A DNA stretch of 64,000 nucleotides from assembly GCA_965228855.1 (NCBI GenBank), contig CBDDIJ010000003.1, positions 3,296,001-3,360,000 of the forward strand, given 5' to 3'. Position 1 is the first letter of the stretch; every line of letters begins with the position of its first letter. Made by a program: the position numbers and the translations under genes. This document shows, piece by piece, positions 9,152 to 17,539 of the stretch. The DNA is from Candidatus Obscuribacterales bacterium (lineage in GTDB: Bacteria; Cyanobacteriota; Vampirovibrionia; Obscuribacterales; Obscuribacteraceae). A model generated the notes under the pieces. The model did no database searches. It was not told the DNA's origin and was given only the letters and a program-made list of their open reading frames with translations.

Positions 9152-10945
9152 GTGCAAAGTAATCACGACGAACACCACAGTGCAACTCCAATGCAGCGCC
9201 TCGGAGCGCTGCTCGTTGCCGACAAACATGACCTCGGTATTCTGGTTGTATACACTTTAATAACCAGTCTAATTTCACTGGCAGTGCCACTTGCGGCCCA
9301 GGCGTTAGTTAACACTATTGCCGCCGGAATCTTTCTGCAACCGCTGATAGTTCTGTCGTTGCTCGTTCTTTCCGGACTCCTCTTCGGTAGCGTGGTAAGA
9401 ATGCTCAAGTTTTGCATTGTGGAGAATCTGCAACAGAGAATTTTCGCGCGAATTACTCTTCGCCTCAGTGAACGCATCCCGGCTATAAAATCATCCGCGT
9501 TGAATGCTGAATACATGCCGGAACTCATAAACCGCTTTTTCGACGTCGTAACGATTCAAAAAAGTTGGGCGAAACTACTTCTCGAGGTACCCACAGCAGT
9601 ACTACAGGTAGTTCTGGGTCTGGTGCTCATGGCCTTTTACAGTCCCCTCCTGCTCGCCTTCGATGTCCTCATCATCCTGTTTATCATCTTCGCCGTCAGC
9701 GTCCTTGGCATAGGCGGTCTGCGGACCAGTATCAAGGAGTCAGTATTAAAGTACAGGGTGGCAGAGTGGCTCGAGGACATGGGAAGATGCCAATCAAGTC
9801 TAAAAACGAATGGAATCACGCACTTTCTCTCGCGGCGTTCCGATAGCCTGGTCATAAACTATCTTAAAGCGCGAAGTGAGCATTTTGCGGTTTTGTTCCG
9901 GCAGGCACTGGGGACCTATTTCTTCCAGGCGTTTGCAAGCGCTGGAATCTTAGCCATCGGTGGATGGCTCGTCATAAACCGTCAGCTTACACTAGGTCAG
10001 CTTGTGGCGGCCGAGCTAATCGTGTTGAACGTCCTATCTGCCCTGGAGAAATTAGTCCGTAATTGCGATACGTTTTACGATCTTCTCACTGGCTTAGACA
10101 AGGTCGGTCATATCAGCGATCTCCCGATTGAACGAAATAACGGGCTCGACCTTCCGCAAACGACAGAAGGGCTTAGCATAGAGTGCTTGAGACTGCACTT
10201 CTCCTATGACCAGACCCGTGAGATTCTGTCGGACATGGATCTCTCGGTGGAAGCCGGTGAGCGAGCTAGTTTGGTCGGAGCCAGCGGCGCAGGTAAGACG
10301 ACTCTAGCGTCCCTGGTATGCGGACTGCAAGACCCCAGTCACGGCACTGTAGAAGTAAACGGTTTCGACGTAAGAGATCTCAGTTTGTTGAGTTTGCGTC
10401 GCCAGGTTGGTATTGTCGGCGATATCAATGAAATTTTCGACGGCACGATCGAAGAGAATGTCGGATTAGGCAGACCGACTGTGTCTCACCGGGATATACG
10501 CTGGGCACTCGATGTCGCACAGTTCACCGAGGATCTCGTGGTGCTTCCGAATGGAATCAACACAATGTTGGTGAGCGGTGGTCGAAATCTGTCCCGCGGT
10601 CAGGTGCAACGACTGTTGATCGCAAGAGCGATTGCGGAGCGACCGAAACTTCTAATTCTCGACGAAGCGTTTACCGGAATAGATGAAAAAACCAAGCTGA
10701 AAATCATCGATGCGCTCTTTTCCAAAGATAACAGGTGGACCGTGTTCGATATCTCCCACGACGCCGAAGTAGTAATGCGGTCAGACAAAGTTTACGTACT
10801 CAGCGATGGAAAAATATGCGAATCAGGGACACCGACAGACCTCGCTTGGCGCGACCAAAGCGAGTTCGGACACCTGTTCCCGGAACTTGCTCGGCAAATT
10901 CGTGCGGTGGAGAGAAGGAAAAAGGAGCGTGTAGAAAGCAGATGA
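9152..10945 (+). CDS. Type I secretion ABC transporter (TMD+NBD, HlyB-like, no C39 domain)
   Basis: TM domain, LTLGQLVAAE, Walker A GASGAGKTT, LSRGQ signature, LILDEA, H-loop SHD. Confidence 0.9.
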   Translation: MQSNHDEHHSATPMQRLGALLVADKHDLGILVVYTLITSLISLAVPLAAQALVNTIAAGIFLQPLIVLSLLVLSGLLFGSVVRMLKFCIVENLQQRIFARITLRLSERIPAIKSSALNAEYMPELINRFFDVVTIQKSWAKLLLEVPTAVLQVVLGLVLMAFYSPLLLAFDVLIILFIIFAVSVLGIGGLRTSIKESVLKYRVAEWLEDMGRCQSSLKTNGITHFLSRRSDSLVINYLKARSEHFAVLFRQALGTYFFQAFASAGILAIGGWLVINRQLTLGQLVAAELIVLNVLSALEKLVRNCDTFYDLLTGLDKVGHISDLPIERNNGLDLPQTTEGLSIECLRLHFSYDQTREILSDMDLSVEAGERASLVGASGAGKTTLASLVCGLQDPSHGTVEVNGFDVRDLSLLSLRRQVGIVGDINEIFDGTIEENVGLGRPTVSHRDIRWALDVAQFTEDLVVLPNGINTMLVSGGRNLSRGQVQRLLIARAIAERPKLLILDEAFTGIDEKTKLKIIDALFSKDNRWTVFDISHDAEVVMRSDKVYVLSDGKICESGTPTDLAWRDQSEFGHLFPELARQIRAVERRKKERVESR

Positions 10946-12393
10946 ATGGCAACATTGACTGTTCAAACGAAACAGAAGCGCCGGCAACTGTAAAGACGAT
11001 CACCCCGGAGACCGGTCATAGAGAGATTGGGAACTATGAATCGCTAAAGATAGTTGAGTCGAAAAACGGCTACACCATCGTCGCCTTGATATTCTCCGCG
11101 TTGCTCACATCTCTCTGCGCAATGCTCGTTTACGTTCCATGGCAACAGAGCGTTCATGGATCGGGCAAGATAATCATTTTTTCTCCGATGCAACGACCTC
11201 AAAACATCGAATCACAAATACCCGCTCGCCTCAAGCATTGGTACGTCCGAGATGGCCAGACCGTAAAGAAAGGGGAACTGATAGCTGAACTGTCAGACCT
11301 GGATCCAAAGTTCCTAGATCCTCTACAAGGAAGCCGCTTAAACGCGCAAAAGCAGGCACTCATTAAAAGACGCGATGCTGCAGAAAACCGACTCAAGGCC
11401 CTGGAAAAACAAATTGGTAGTTTGAAACGCTCGCAGGATGCGGCAGTCCCATCAGCGCAAGAGCGCTCACAGCAGGCGAAAGATCGTCAGTGGGCAGCGG
11501 AACAGTCAGTTGAGGCAGCCAAGCAGAATATGCTCACTACCAAGCTAAATCTCGCTCGATTGAAAGAGCTACATGAAAAAGGTCTGAAATCAAAACGTGA
11601 TCTAGAACTTGCAGAGCTAGACAACACCAGGGCATTGACGGACCTTGAGCGCGCGCAAGCCGGACTGGAAGTGGCCAAACGTGATCAGACAGTAGCGTTC
11701 CTCGATCAGAACAAAGTGCTCGCCGATACGGATGCCACCATAAGCAGTATCGGCGCCTCGATAGCCGCAGCACAAGAAACAATCGAATCTACAACCAGCG
11801 AAATCTTCAAGCTCGAAATAGAATTGCAGAACGTCGCACAACGAACCGAGCAGCGCAAAGTTTTTGCTCCGTGTGCCGGACGAATAGTTCGCTTACTCAA
11901 GGTCGGAACGGGCGAGACGGTGGACGCAGGTATGGTCCTCGCGGTTCTCGCACCAGACACCCAAGACCTGGCAGCTGAGCTTACTGTTAGCGACAATGAC
12001 GCGCCCTTGATTTCGGTGGGACGACCAGTTCGATTACAATTTGCGGGTTGGCCCGCGCTTCAGTTCGCGGGTTGGCCCTCTGTCGCTGTCGGGACCTTCG
12101 GCGGCAGAGTGACGGTGATCGACGCTTGCGACGATGGGAAAAGCAACTACCGAATAATCGTAAAACCAGACTCCGATGCAATTAAAAAGGGCAGAGATGA
12201 GCCTTGGCCTGATGCGAAATATTTGCGACCAGGCGCAGAGGTGACCGGCTGGATAATGCTGGATAACGTTAGTTTGGGCTTTGAACTCTGGCGCCAATTC
12301 AACGCATTCCCACCAACAGTCAAGCCGGAAGAACTGGGTCTACACAAAGCCGGAGAAACCGATTCTTCGAAAATCAAACGCAAGTCGAAATAG
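10942..12393 (+). CDS. HlyD-family membrane fusion protein
   Basis: ATG at 10942 overlaps the ABC stop (ATGA); one TM, lipoyl-like half [10 protein letters not shown], coiled coil, [17 protein letters not shown]. Confidence 0.9.
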   Translation: MNGNIDCSNETEAPATVKTITPETGHREIGNYESLKIVESKNGYTIVALIFSALLTSLCAMLVYVPWQQSVHGSGKIIIFSPMQRPQNIESQIPARLKHWYVRDGQTVKKGELIAELSDLDPKFLDPLQGSRLNAQKQALIKRRDAAENRLKALEKQIGSLKRSQDAAVPSAQERSQQAKDRQWAAEQSVEAAKQNMLTTKLNLARLKELHEKGLKSKRDLELAELDNTRALTDLERAQAGLEVAKRDQTVAFLDQNKVLADTDATISSIGASIAAAQETIESTTSEIFKLEIELQNVAQRTEQRKVFAPCAGRIVRLLKVGTGETVDAGMVLAVLAPDTQDLAAELTVSDNDAPLISVGRPVRLQFAGWPALQFAGWPSVAVGTFGGRVTVIDACDDGKSNYRIIVKPDSDAIKKGRDEPWPDAKYLRPGAEVTGWIMLDNVSLGFELWRQFNAFPPTVKPEELGLHKAGETDSSKIKRKSK

Positions 12394-12404
12394 GAACTGA
12401 CAAG

Positions 12405-13904
12405 ATGCTGTTTTCGCGGTGGCAAATAGCCATCCTTCTCACCTTGATATGCTCCATCGGTGCAATCACCAGATCTGAGGCATTGGCGCAAAATGACCTG
12501 GCTGATCAGACTCTGCCTCCTCTTCGAGGGAACCGCAAAGCGCCACTGCCTGTGGTGCCAGCGAATGATGCAAGTAATGGATTTTCTTTAGACCATTTTC
12601 TGCAACTGGTTGAAAATAATTATCCAAAACTGCAGAGCGCATTCACGGAGAAACGGATTGCAAGCGCCAAACGTCTGGAAAAAGCGGGGGCATTCGATCC
12701 CGTGTTGAGCAGCGTCAATGAGTATCTGCGCGTGCAGGATACATTTACACCAGGCAAAGCGAAAGATGCTGTACACAATGAATCACGAGTCGATTTGCTT
12801 ACACGCTCGGGCATCAAGGTGTTCACAGGAATGCGGCTCAATCCGAATGACACAAAAACGCCATTTGTTCCAACCGGTACAGCTGGAGAATACTATGCTG
12901 GAGTCACGGTACCGCTTCTAAGAGGTCTGGTGGTCAACGAAAAAGTCGCAGCCGAGGACCAGGCCAAGTTAGGAGAGCCATTAGCGGAACAGCTATTCGG
13001 AGCAACACGCCTGGAAGTTCTTCTCAAGGCCGCAGCGGTTTACTGGGACTGGGTTGGAGCAAAAGCTCGCATTGACATTGCTCGGAATCTTTTGAAAATC
13101 GCCGAGACGAGAGTGGAGCAAATTAGAGAGCGCGTAGCAAACGGGGATCTTCCCGCACTGGACATCTCCGAATCCGAGCAGGAAACGCAACGGCGCAAAG
13201 CTGCCCTGATAAAGAGCGAACGAGAGTTCCAAAAAGCCAGTTTCCAGTTGTCTGTTTTTCTTTGGGACAGTAACGGTGCTCCGTCATTAATACCTGGAAT
13301 TAACGAGGTTCCGACTCTGAGCCCGGAACCTCGCAAGCTAAGCGAAACAGAACGTATGGACGGCAGAAGACTGGCCATTGCTCAACGCCCCGAGTTGAAG
13401 AGAATTGCTCTTGAGCGAGAGCAAGCCAAGGTAGAGCTCCGGCTCGCAGAGAATATGAAGTTGCCGGCGATGGACGCATACGTTTTACAGGGTGCCGACA
13501 CCGGAGAAAATGGAATCGGACCGGTTGTGCGCGCCGGCATGGCCGTCAACTTTCCCCTACGCCAGCGAGCCGCACGAGGACAGGCCGAGGCGGCTCGATT
13601 AAAGATTCAGAAATTGAACTTCGATGAAAGTGTCGAGAAACTACGAATCCAGGCAGAGGTAGACGACGCAGTCTCGGCGATAAACACCTCATGCGATAGA
13701 TGGAATGCAACACTGACAGAGGTGAAGAAGGCCCAGCAAGTGGAGGAGGGGGAGCGTCAACGATTCAGTGCAGGCGATGGGAATTTGTTTCTCGTAAATC
13801 TTCGGGAACGCGCAACAGCGGAAGCAAAGATGCGCCTGGCCGAGGTTCATATTGACTACCTGCAAGCACAGGCAGCTTTCCGCGCCGTAACTTGTAGACT
13901 TTGA
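12405..13904 (+). CDS. TolC-family outer membrane efflux protein
   Basis: Signal peptide, GAFDP, RPEL and ERQRFSAGDGNLFLVNLRE TolC-like motifs. Confidence 0.9.
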   Translation: MLFSRWQIAILLTLICSIGAITRSEALAQNDLADQTLPPLRGNRKAPLPVVPANDASNGFSLDHFLQLVENNYPKLQSAFTEKRIASAKRLEKAGAFDPVLSSVNEYLRVQDTFTPGKAKDAVHNESRVDLLTRSGIKVFTGMRLNPNDTKTPFVPTGTAGEYYAGVTVPLLRGLVVNEKVAAEDQAKLGEPLAEQLFGATRLEVLLKAAAVYWDWVGAKARIDIARNLLKIAETRVEQIRERVANGDLPALDISESEQETQRRKAALIKSEREFQKASFQLSVFLWDSNGAPSLIPGINEVPTLSPEPRKLSETERMDGRRLAIAQRPELKRIALEREQAKVELRLAENMKLPAMDAYVLQGADTGENGIGPVVRAGMAVNFPLRQRAARGQAEAARLKIQKLNFDESVEKLRIQAEVDDAVSAINTSCDRWNATLTEVKKAQQVEEGERQRFSAGDGNLFLVNLRERATAEAKMRLAEVHIDYLQAQAAFRAVTCRL

Positions 13905-13978
13905 GAGAACTTATCCTTGACTGATTGCTGTATATGTAGATATCCTGATATTTGCACAAGTCAAATCAGAGGTGGGGA

Positions 13979-14368
13979 ATGCCTTATCGAGCAGTCGTGA
14001 GCGCAGAATTAGCGAAATTATTCAGCGTGCTGTCCCATCCTGTGCGCATCCGTATAATCGAAGAGCTCAAGAAAGAAGACCTTACAGTTGGCACACTGAA
14101 AGATATGCTTGGCATAACTCACTCCGCAGTTTCTCAACAACTTGCTGTGCTTCGCAGTCATCATCTCGTCAACGAGATGAGACAAGGTCGAAACGTTTTC
14201 TATCATTTGCGCCGGCCGGAGCTTGCTGAATGGATAATGGAAGGCGTCACATTCATATCCCCGGACGCCTCTGAACTGGAACAAATGATGTCTGCGATTC
14301 AAAGCGTAAGAGACGTTTGGGGCGCAGATGAAAAGCCGCAGACGAAACGCAAAAAAAGAAACGCCTGA
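13979..14368 (+). CDS. ArsR/SmtB-family transcriptional regulator (paralogue 1)
   Basis: FSVLSHPVRIRII...VSQQLAVLR...RQGRNVFY winged HTH; ATG 13979 follows GAGGTG RBS. Confidence 0.9.
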   Translation: MPYRAVVSAELAKLFSVLSHPVRIRIIEELKKEDLTVGTLKDMLGITHSAVSQQLAVLRSHHLVNEMRQGRNVFYHLRRPELAEWIMEGVTFISPDASELEQMMSAIQSVRDVWGADEKPQTKRKKRNA

Positions 14369-14385
14369 TCATTGGTCGCATTTGC

Positions 14386-14781
14386 TCACTGAAGCTCAGG
14401 AGCATCAGAATTCTCTGTATCAATGCTGTCTGACGAAGACCATTTAGCGAATACCTTTTGGGCCGCAACGCTCATTGTGGTTGAATCATGTTCATATCGA
14501 ACGATAAAGGGAATTGCCTTGATTATCCAAACAGGTAAGTCTGGAAATGCGAGCCTGTAGAGGACAAAGCGACCATGACGCCTCTCCTTAATCAAATTTT
14601 GCGCTCGAAGTAAAGCCAGATGTTGAGACACCGATGATTGTCTAGCGCCAAGACGCTCGCGCAAAGAGTTGACGCAAAGCTCGCCCTGGCGCAACTCGAT
14701 AAGAATGCGCAACCGGAGCGGATGGGACAGAACATTGAACATCTCGGCCAATTGCTGGGAAACAAGAACTTGGGATGGCAT
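14386..14781 (-). CDS. ArsR/SmtB-family transcriptional regulator (paralogue 2)
   Basis: FNVLSHPLRLRIL...ELCV...VSQHLALLR...RHGRFVLY. Confidence 0.9.
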   Translation of the reverse strand: MPSQVLVSQQLAEMFNVLSHPLRLRILIELRQGELCVNSLRERLGARQSSVSQHLALLRAQNLIKERRHGRFVLYRLAFPDLPVWIIKAIPFIVRYEHDSTTMSVAAQKVFAKWSSSDSIDTENSDAPELQ

Positions 14782-14809
14782 GTGCTCACTCCACGCAACA
14801 CATCTGCAA

Positions 14810-14829
14810 ATGTTTAGACTTTTGAATAT
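14810..14829 (-). promoter_or_regulatory. Putative ArsR-family operator copy 2 (ATATTC-aaaagtct-AAACAT on minus strand)
   Basis: About 30 bp upstream of ArsR paralogue 2; flanks (tgtct...ttgca) also match copy 1. Confidence 0.6.
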
Positions 14830-14931
14830 TAAGACACATAAACACTAGCACATTTTCCACAAGCTGCCAAGATCAGCGCGGTGTCAACGTTTTACTTAAA
14901 ACAGCGACCGTGGCCAAACTTCAAAACTCTG

Positions 14932-14959
14932 TTGACGCAGCTAACGGATAGGGTATACT
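14932..14959 (+). promoter_or_regulatory. Sigma70-like promoter TTGACG-N16-TATACT
   Basis: Near-consensus -35/-10 upstream of the murF-like/dabBA operon. Confidence 0.55.
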
Positions 14960-14976
14960 TTCAATCATGCGCACTT

Positions 14977-15000
14977 CTAAATATTCAAATCTTTGCACAT
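14977..15000. promoter_or_regulatory. Putative ArsR-family operator copy 3 (ctaaATATTC-aaatcttt-GCACAT)
   Basis: Lies between the promoter and the RBS of the murF-like gene, a repressor position. Confidence 0.65.
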
Positions 15001-15013
15001 AATGAGGTCAACC

Positions 15014-15976
15014 ATGCAACCACAATTTACCGGCGACGAAATCCTGTACGCCACAAACGGCCATCTCAAGTCAGGCACCATATCCGACACCAAGGGGGCG
15101 CTGACCTGGAAGATCGATGATTTGAAACCGGGCGATTGGTTTTTAGCAATACCTTCACCGTTCCGGGATCCGCACGACTGCCTGAATCTCGCATTCGAGA
15201 AAGGGGCGAGCGGTGTTATCGTGAATCGACGCAACAGGTATTCCTCCGCCGCCGATGGTGGCACCATTATTACCGTCTCCGACACAAGAACAGCACTACT
15301 CGATCTCGTCCGCCACTGGCGCTTCAAGGTTAAACCGAAAGTAGTCGCGGTTTCGGGCACCTTCGGTCGACAAGTGACAATGTTATTGCTCAGTCAGCTC
15401 TTAAGTGAAAAATTTAAAACGCACCTAGCTCCAATGGGAAATCTCGGTTGGTTTGGCTGCATCGAAGAAGTCCTGTCCATGCCGGAAGACACTGATGTTC
15501 TTATCTTCGAAGCTGGTGCAATCGAACGTGGTGACATCACACGGATAGGTGGAGCACTGGTTCCTGATTTTGCGGTTCTGACCCAGATACGGCATCCGCT
15601 GCCATCACAAGAGCGTGATGAATTCGCCGCCGCGCTTTACTGTGAGCTTCTGGAGACACTGGCCGAACAACCTCACGGACGGGTCGCAGCAGCCATCTAT
15701 GACCTCAATATGCCAGTGAGAAATCGAGTTGATGAGCTACTTGAGGGAAGCAACCTGATGGCAGCCAGATATTCGATACCCGGCGAATCATCCCTGGCCG
15801 GTGAGGTCACAGACGAGGCTCTAGCCGAGCTGAGCGCCGCAATTAAGAAAGCAACCGGTCAAACAGTCACGCGAGCGGAACTCTGGTGCGCAATAGAAGC
15901 AGCTAGAGCACTGGGCGTGTCCAACGCCGACCTTGAAAGCCTGCTTAATTTAAAACCAATCGCATCGGTTCAGTAG
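15014..15976 (+). CDS. MurF-like Mur ligase N-terminal and central domain protein with degenerate P-loop
   Basis: LKPGDWFLAI...DPHD...AFEKGA, VSDTRTALLDL, KVVAVSGTFGRQVT (vs TGSxGKTTT), IFEAG...GDI; no C-terminal domain; ATG 15014 after GAGGT. Confidence 0.7.
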   Translation: MQPQFTGDEILYATNGHLKSGTISDTKGALTWKIDDLKPGDWFLAIPSPFRDPHDCLNLAFEKGASGVIVNRRNRYSSAADGGTIITVSDTRTALLDLVRHWRFKVKPKVVAVSGTFGRQVTMLLLSQLLSEKFKTHLAPMGNLGWFGCIEEVLSMPEDTDVLIFEAGAIERGDITRIGGALVPDFAVLTQIRHPLPSQERDEFAAALYCELLETLAEQPHGRVAAAIYDLNMPVRNRVDELLEGSNLMAARYSIPGESSLAGEVTDEALAELSAAIKKATGQTVTRAELWCAIEAARALGVSNADLESLLNLKPIASVQ

Positions 15977-15997
15977 AGCATAAAACAAGAGAGAGTT

Positions 15998-17539
15998 ATG
16001 ACAAACGAATTTATAATCGCAAATGAGCTACTCTGCTTATTAGCTTGCCCTGTGTCACTGATAACCACCGCTTTCGCCCCCAGACAATCGACGGAAAAGC
16101 TGCTGATATCGGCACAATTCGCGGGCTTCACTTTCGCGCTCGTAGCGGCGATCGCCATACTCGTAACTGGACAGGCACCGCCAGTGATGCCGAATCAATT
16201 GCTGTCCTTGAGAATCGATGCGGCGACATCGTGCCTCCTGGCTGCGACATTTTTCATCTCCACCATAGTGATTGCTTACAGCGACCGCTACCTCAGCGGC
16301 GACACGATGCGCACCAGCTTCATGCGACACATCGCAGTTATCTCGTCTGCGGCCGGTTGGCTCATCGCCTCCAACAATTTGATCGTGGCGTTTTTCTGCT
16401 GGGTTACTTTATCGATCGGACTCTGGCTAACCGTTCGCCTTCAGCCTGACAACAGAAGCGCGGCCAATCTGGTACTGGCACATCATCTAGCAAGCGATAT
16501 ATTCTTACTGGTCGCAATCGCTTTATGCATATCGAACGCTGGAGTCGTTCAGTTCAGCGATTTGCCGGAGAGTCTGCATTTGCTGGATTTATCGTTCCTC
16601 AATTACTCGTGCTCCGCGGGTCTAATTGTCACCTCTCTCCTTATCGTTTCTTTCGGAATTAAATCTGCCCTCTTCCCGTTTCATAGATGGTTGTTTGCCA
16701 CTCTGGAAGCTCCGACACCACTATCCGGCTTGTTGCATGCCGGAATCGTTAACGTGTCAGCCATCATGGCATGGCGATTTATGCCTCTGATGCAAGACTA
16801 CTCGACTCCTCTTCTAATATGGGGCATCTGGTCTGGCATATCGGCCGTAATCGGAACATTGAGCATGGCAGCCCAACCTGATGTGAAAAGGAAGCTCGCA
16901 TACTCAACTGTAGGGCAGATGGGCTTTATGTCTCTCCAGTGCGCGACCGGAGCAATCGCAGCAGCCCTGTTCCATCTGGTCGCGCATGGTCTGTTCAAGT
17001 GCCACCTCTTCCTGCAGTCTGGGGGGGCAGTCTCAGAGGGGTTGTTGAAACGGAAATACAACTACTCGAATCACGCGCCCGCCGTCGGGCATAACATCAT
17101 CATTTTGGCATTTCTTTCTCTTTCGATTATAGCCGTCAGCTGTATCACTATGACTTCTGACAGCTCGACTTGGACCGTCATGTCAACCCTCGTAGCCGGC
17201 GCTGCATTGTTGAGTATCGTTCCTGCGTTAAACAGAATTGATTCCAACATGCTGCTATTTTCGCTGCTCACCTTTGCGGCGCTTGCGATACCATCCGTGA
17301 TGGCGTCTGCGAGACTCGAGCAGTTTGTTCATATAGAGCATCAGATCAATACCTGGCTTATTCCTGTCTTCCTGACGATCTTCGCTTCTGTCGCGGTTCT
17401 TCAAGCTTTAGCGCGAAAGAACAGTCTGGTTGAAGCTGTTTATGTCCACAGCCTGAATGGATTCTATGTCGATGAAGCCTGTTCAACCCTAAGCGGTTGG
17501 AGCGAGACTCACAAAAGGATAGTGAAAAATGGCACCTAG
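15998..17539 (+). CDS. dabB: DAB inorganic carbon transporter membrane subunit (NuoL/MrpA-like)
   Basis: Multi-TM; KSALFPFHRWL, EAPTPLSGLLHAG, KRKLAYSTVGQMGF and HLVAHGLFK motifs; directly upstream of and overlapping the DUF2309 gene. Confidence 0.9.
   Translation: MTNEFIIANELLCLLACPVSLITTAFAPRQSTEKLLISAQFAGFTFALVAAIAILVTGQAPPVMPNQLLSLRIDAATSCLLAATFFISTIVIAYSDRYLSGDTMRTSFMRHIAVISSAAGWLIASNNLIVAFFCWVTLSIGLWLTVRLQPDNRSAANLVLAHHLASDIFLLVAIALCISNAGVVQFSDLPESLHLLDLSFLNYSCSAGLIVTSLLIVSFGIKSALFPFHRWLFATLEAPTPLSGLLHAGIVNVSAIMAWRFMPLMQDYSTPLLIWGIWSGISAVIGTLSMAAQPDVKRKLAYSTVGQMGFMSLQCATGAIAAALFHLVAHGLFKCHLFLQSGGAVSEGLLKRKYNYSNHAPAVGHNIIILAFLSLSIIAVSCITMTSDSSTWTVMSTLVAGAALLSIVPALNRIDSNMLLFSLLTFAALAIPSVMASARLEQFVHIEHQINTWLIPVFLTIFASVAVLQALARKNSLVEAVYVHSLNGFYVDEACSTLSGWSETHKRIVKNGT

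Noticed and set aside
10735..10941. Extended N-terminus of the HlyD ORF
   Set aside because: Overlaps the ABC gene; ATG 10942 in an ATGA overlap is the likely start
15998..17539. NADH dehydrogenase subunit L of complex I
   Set aside because: No other nuo genes are present; adjacency to DUF2309 identifies it as DabB
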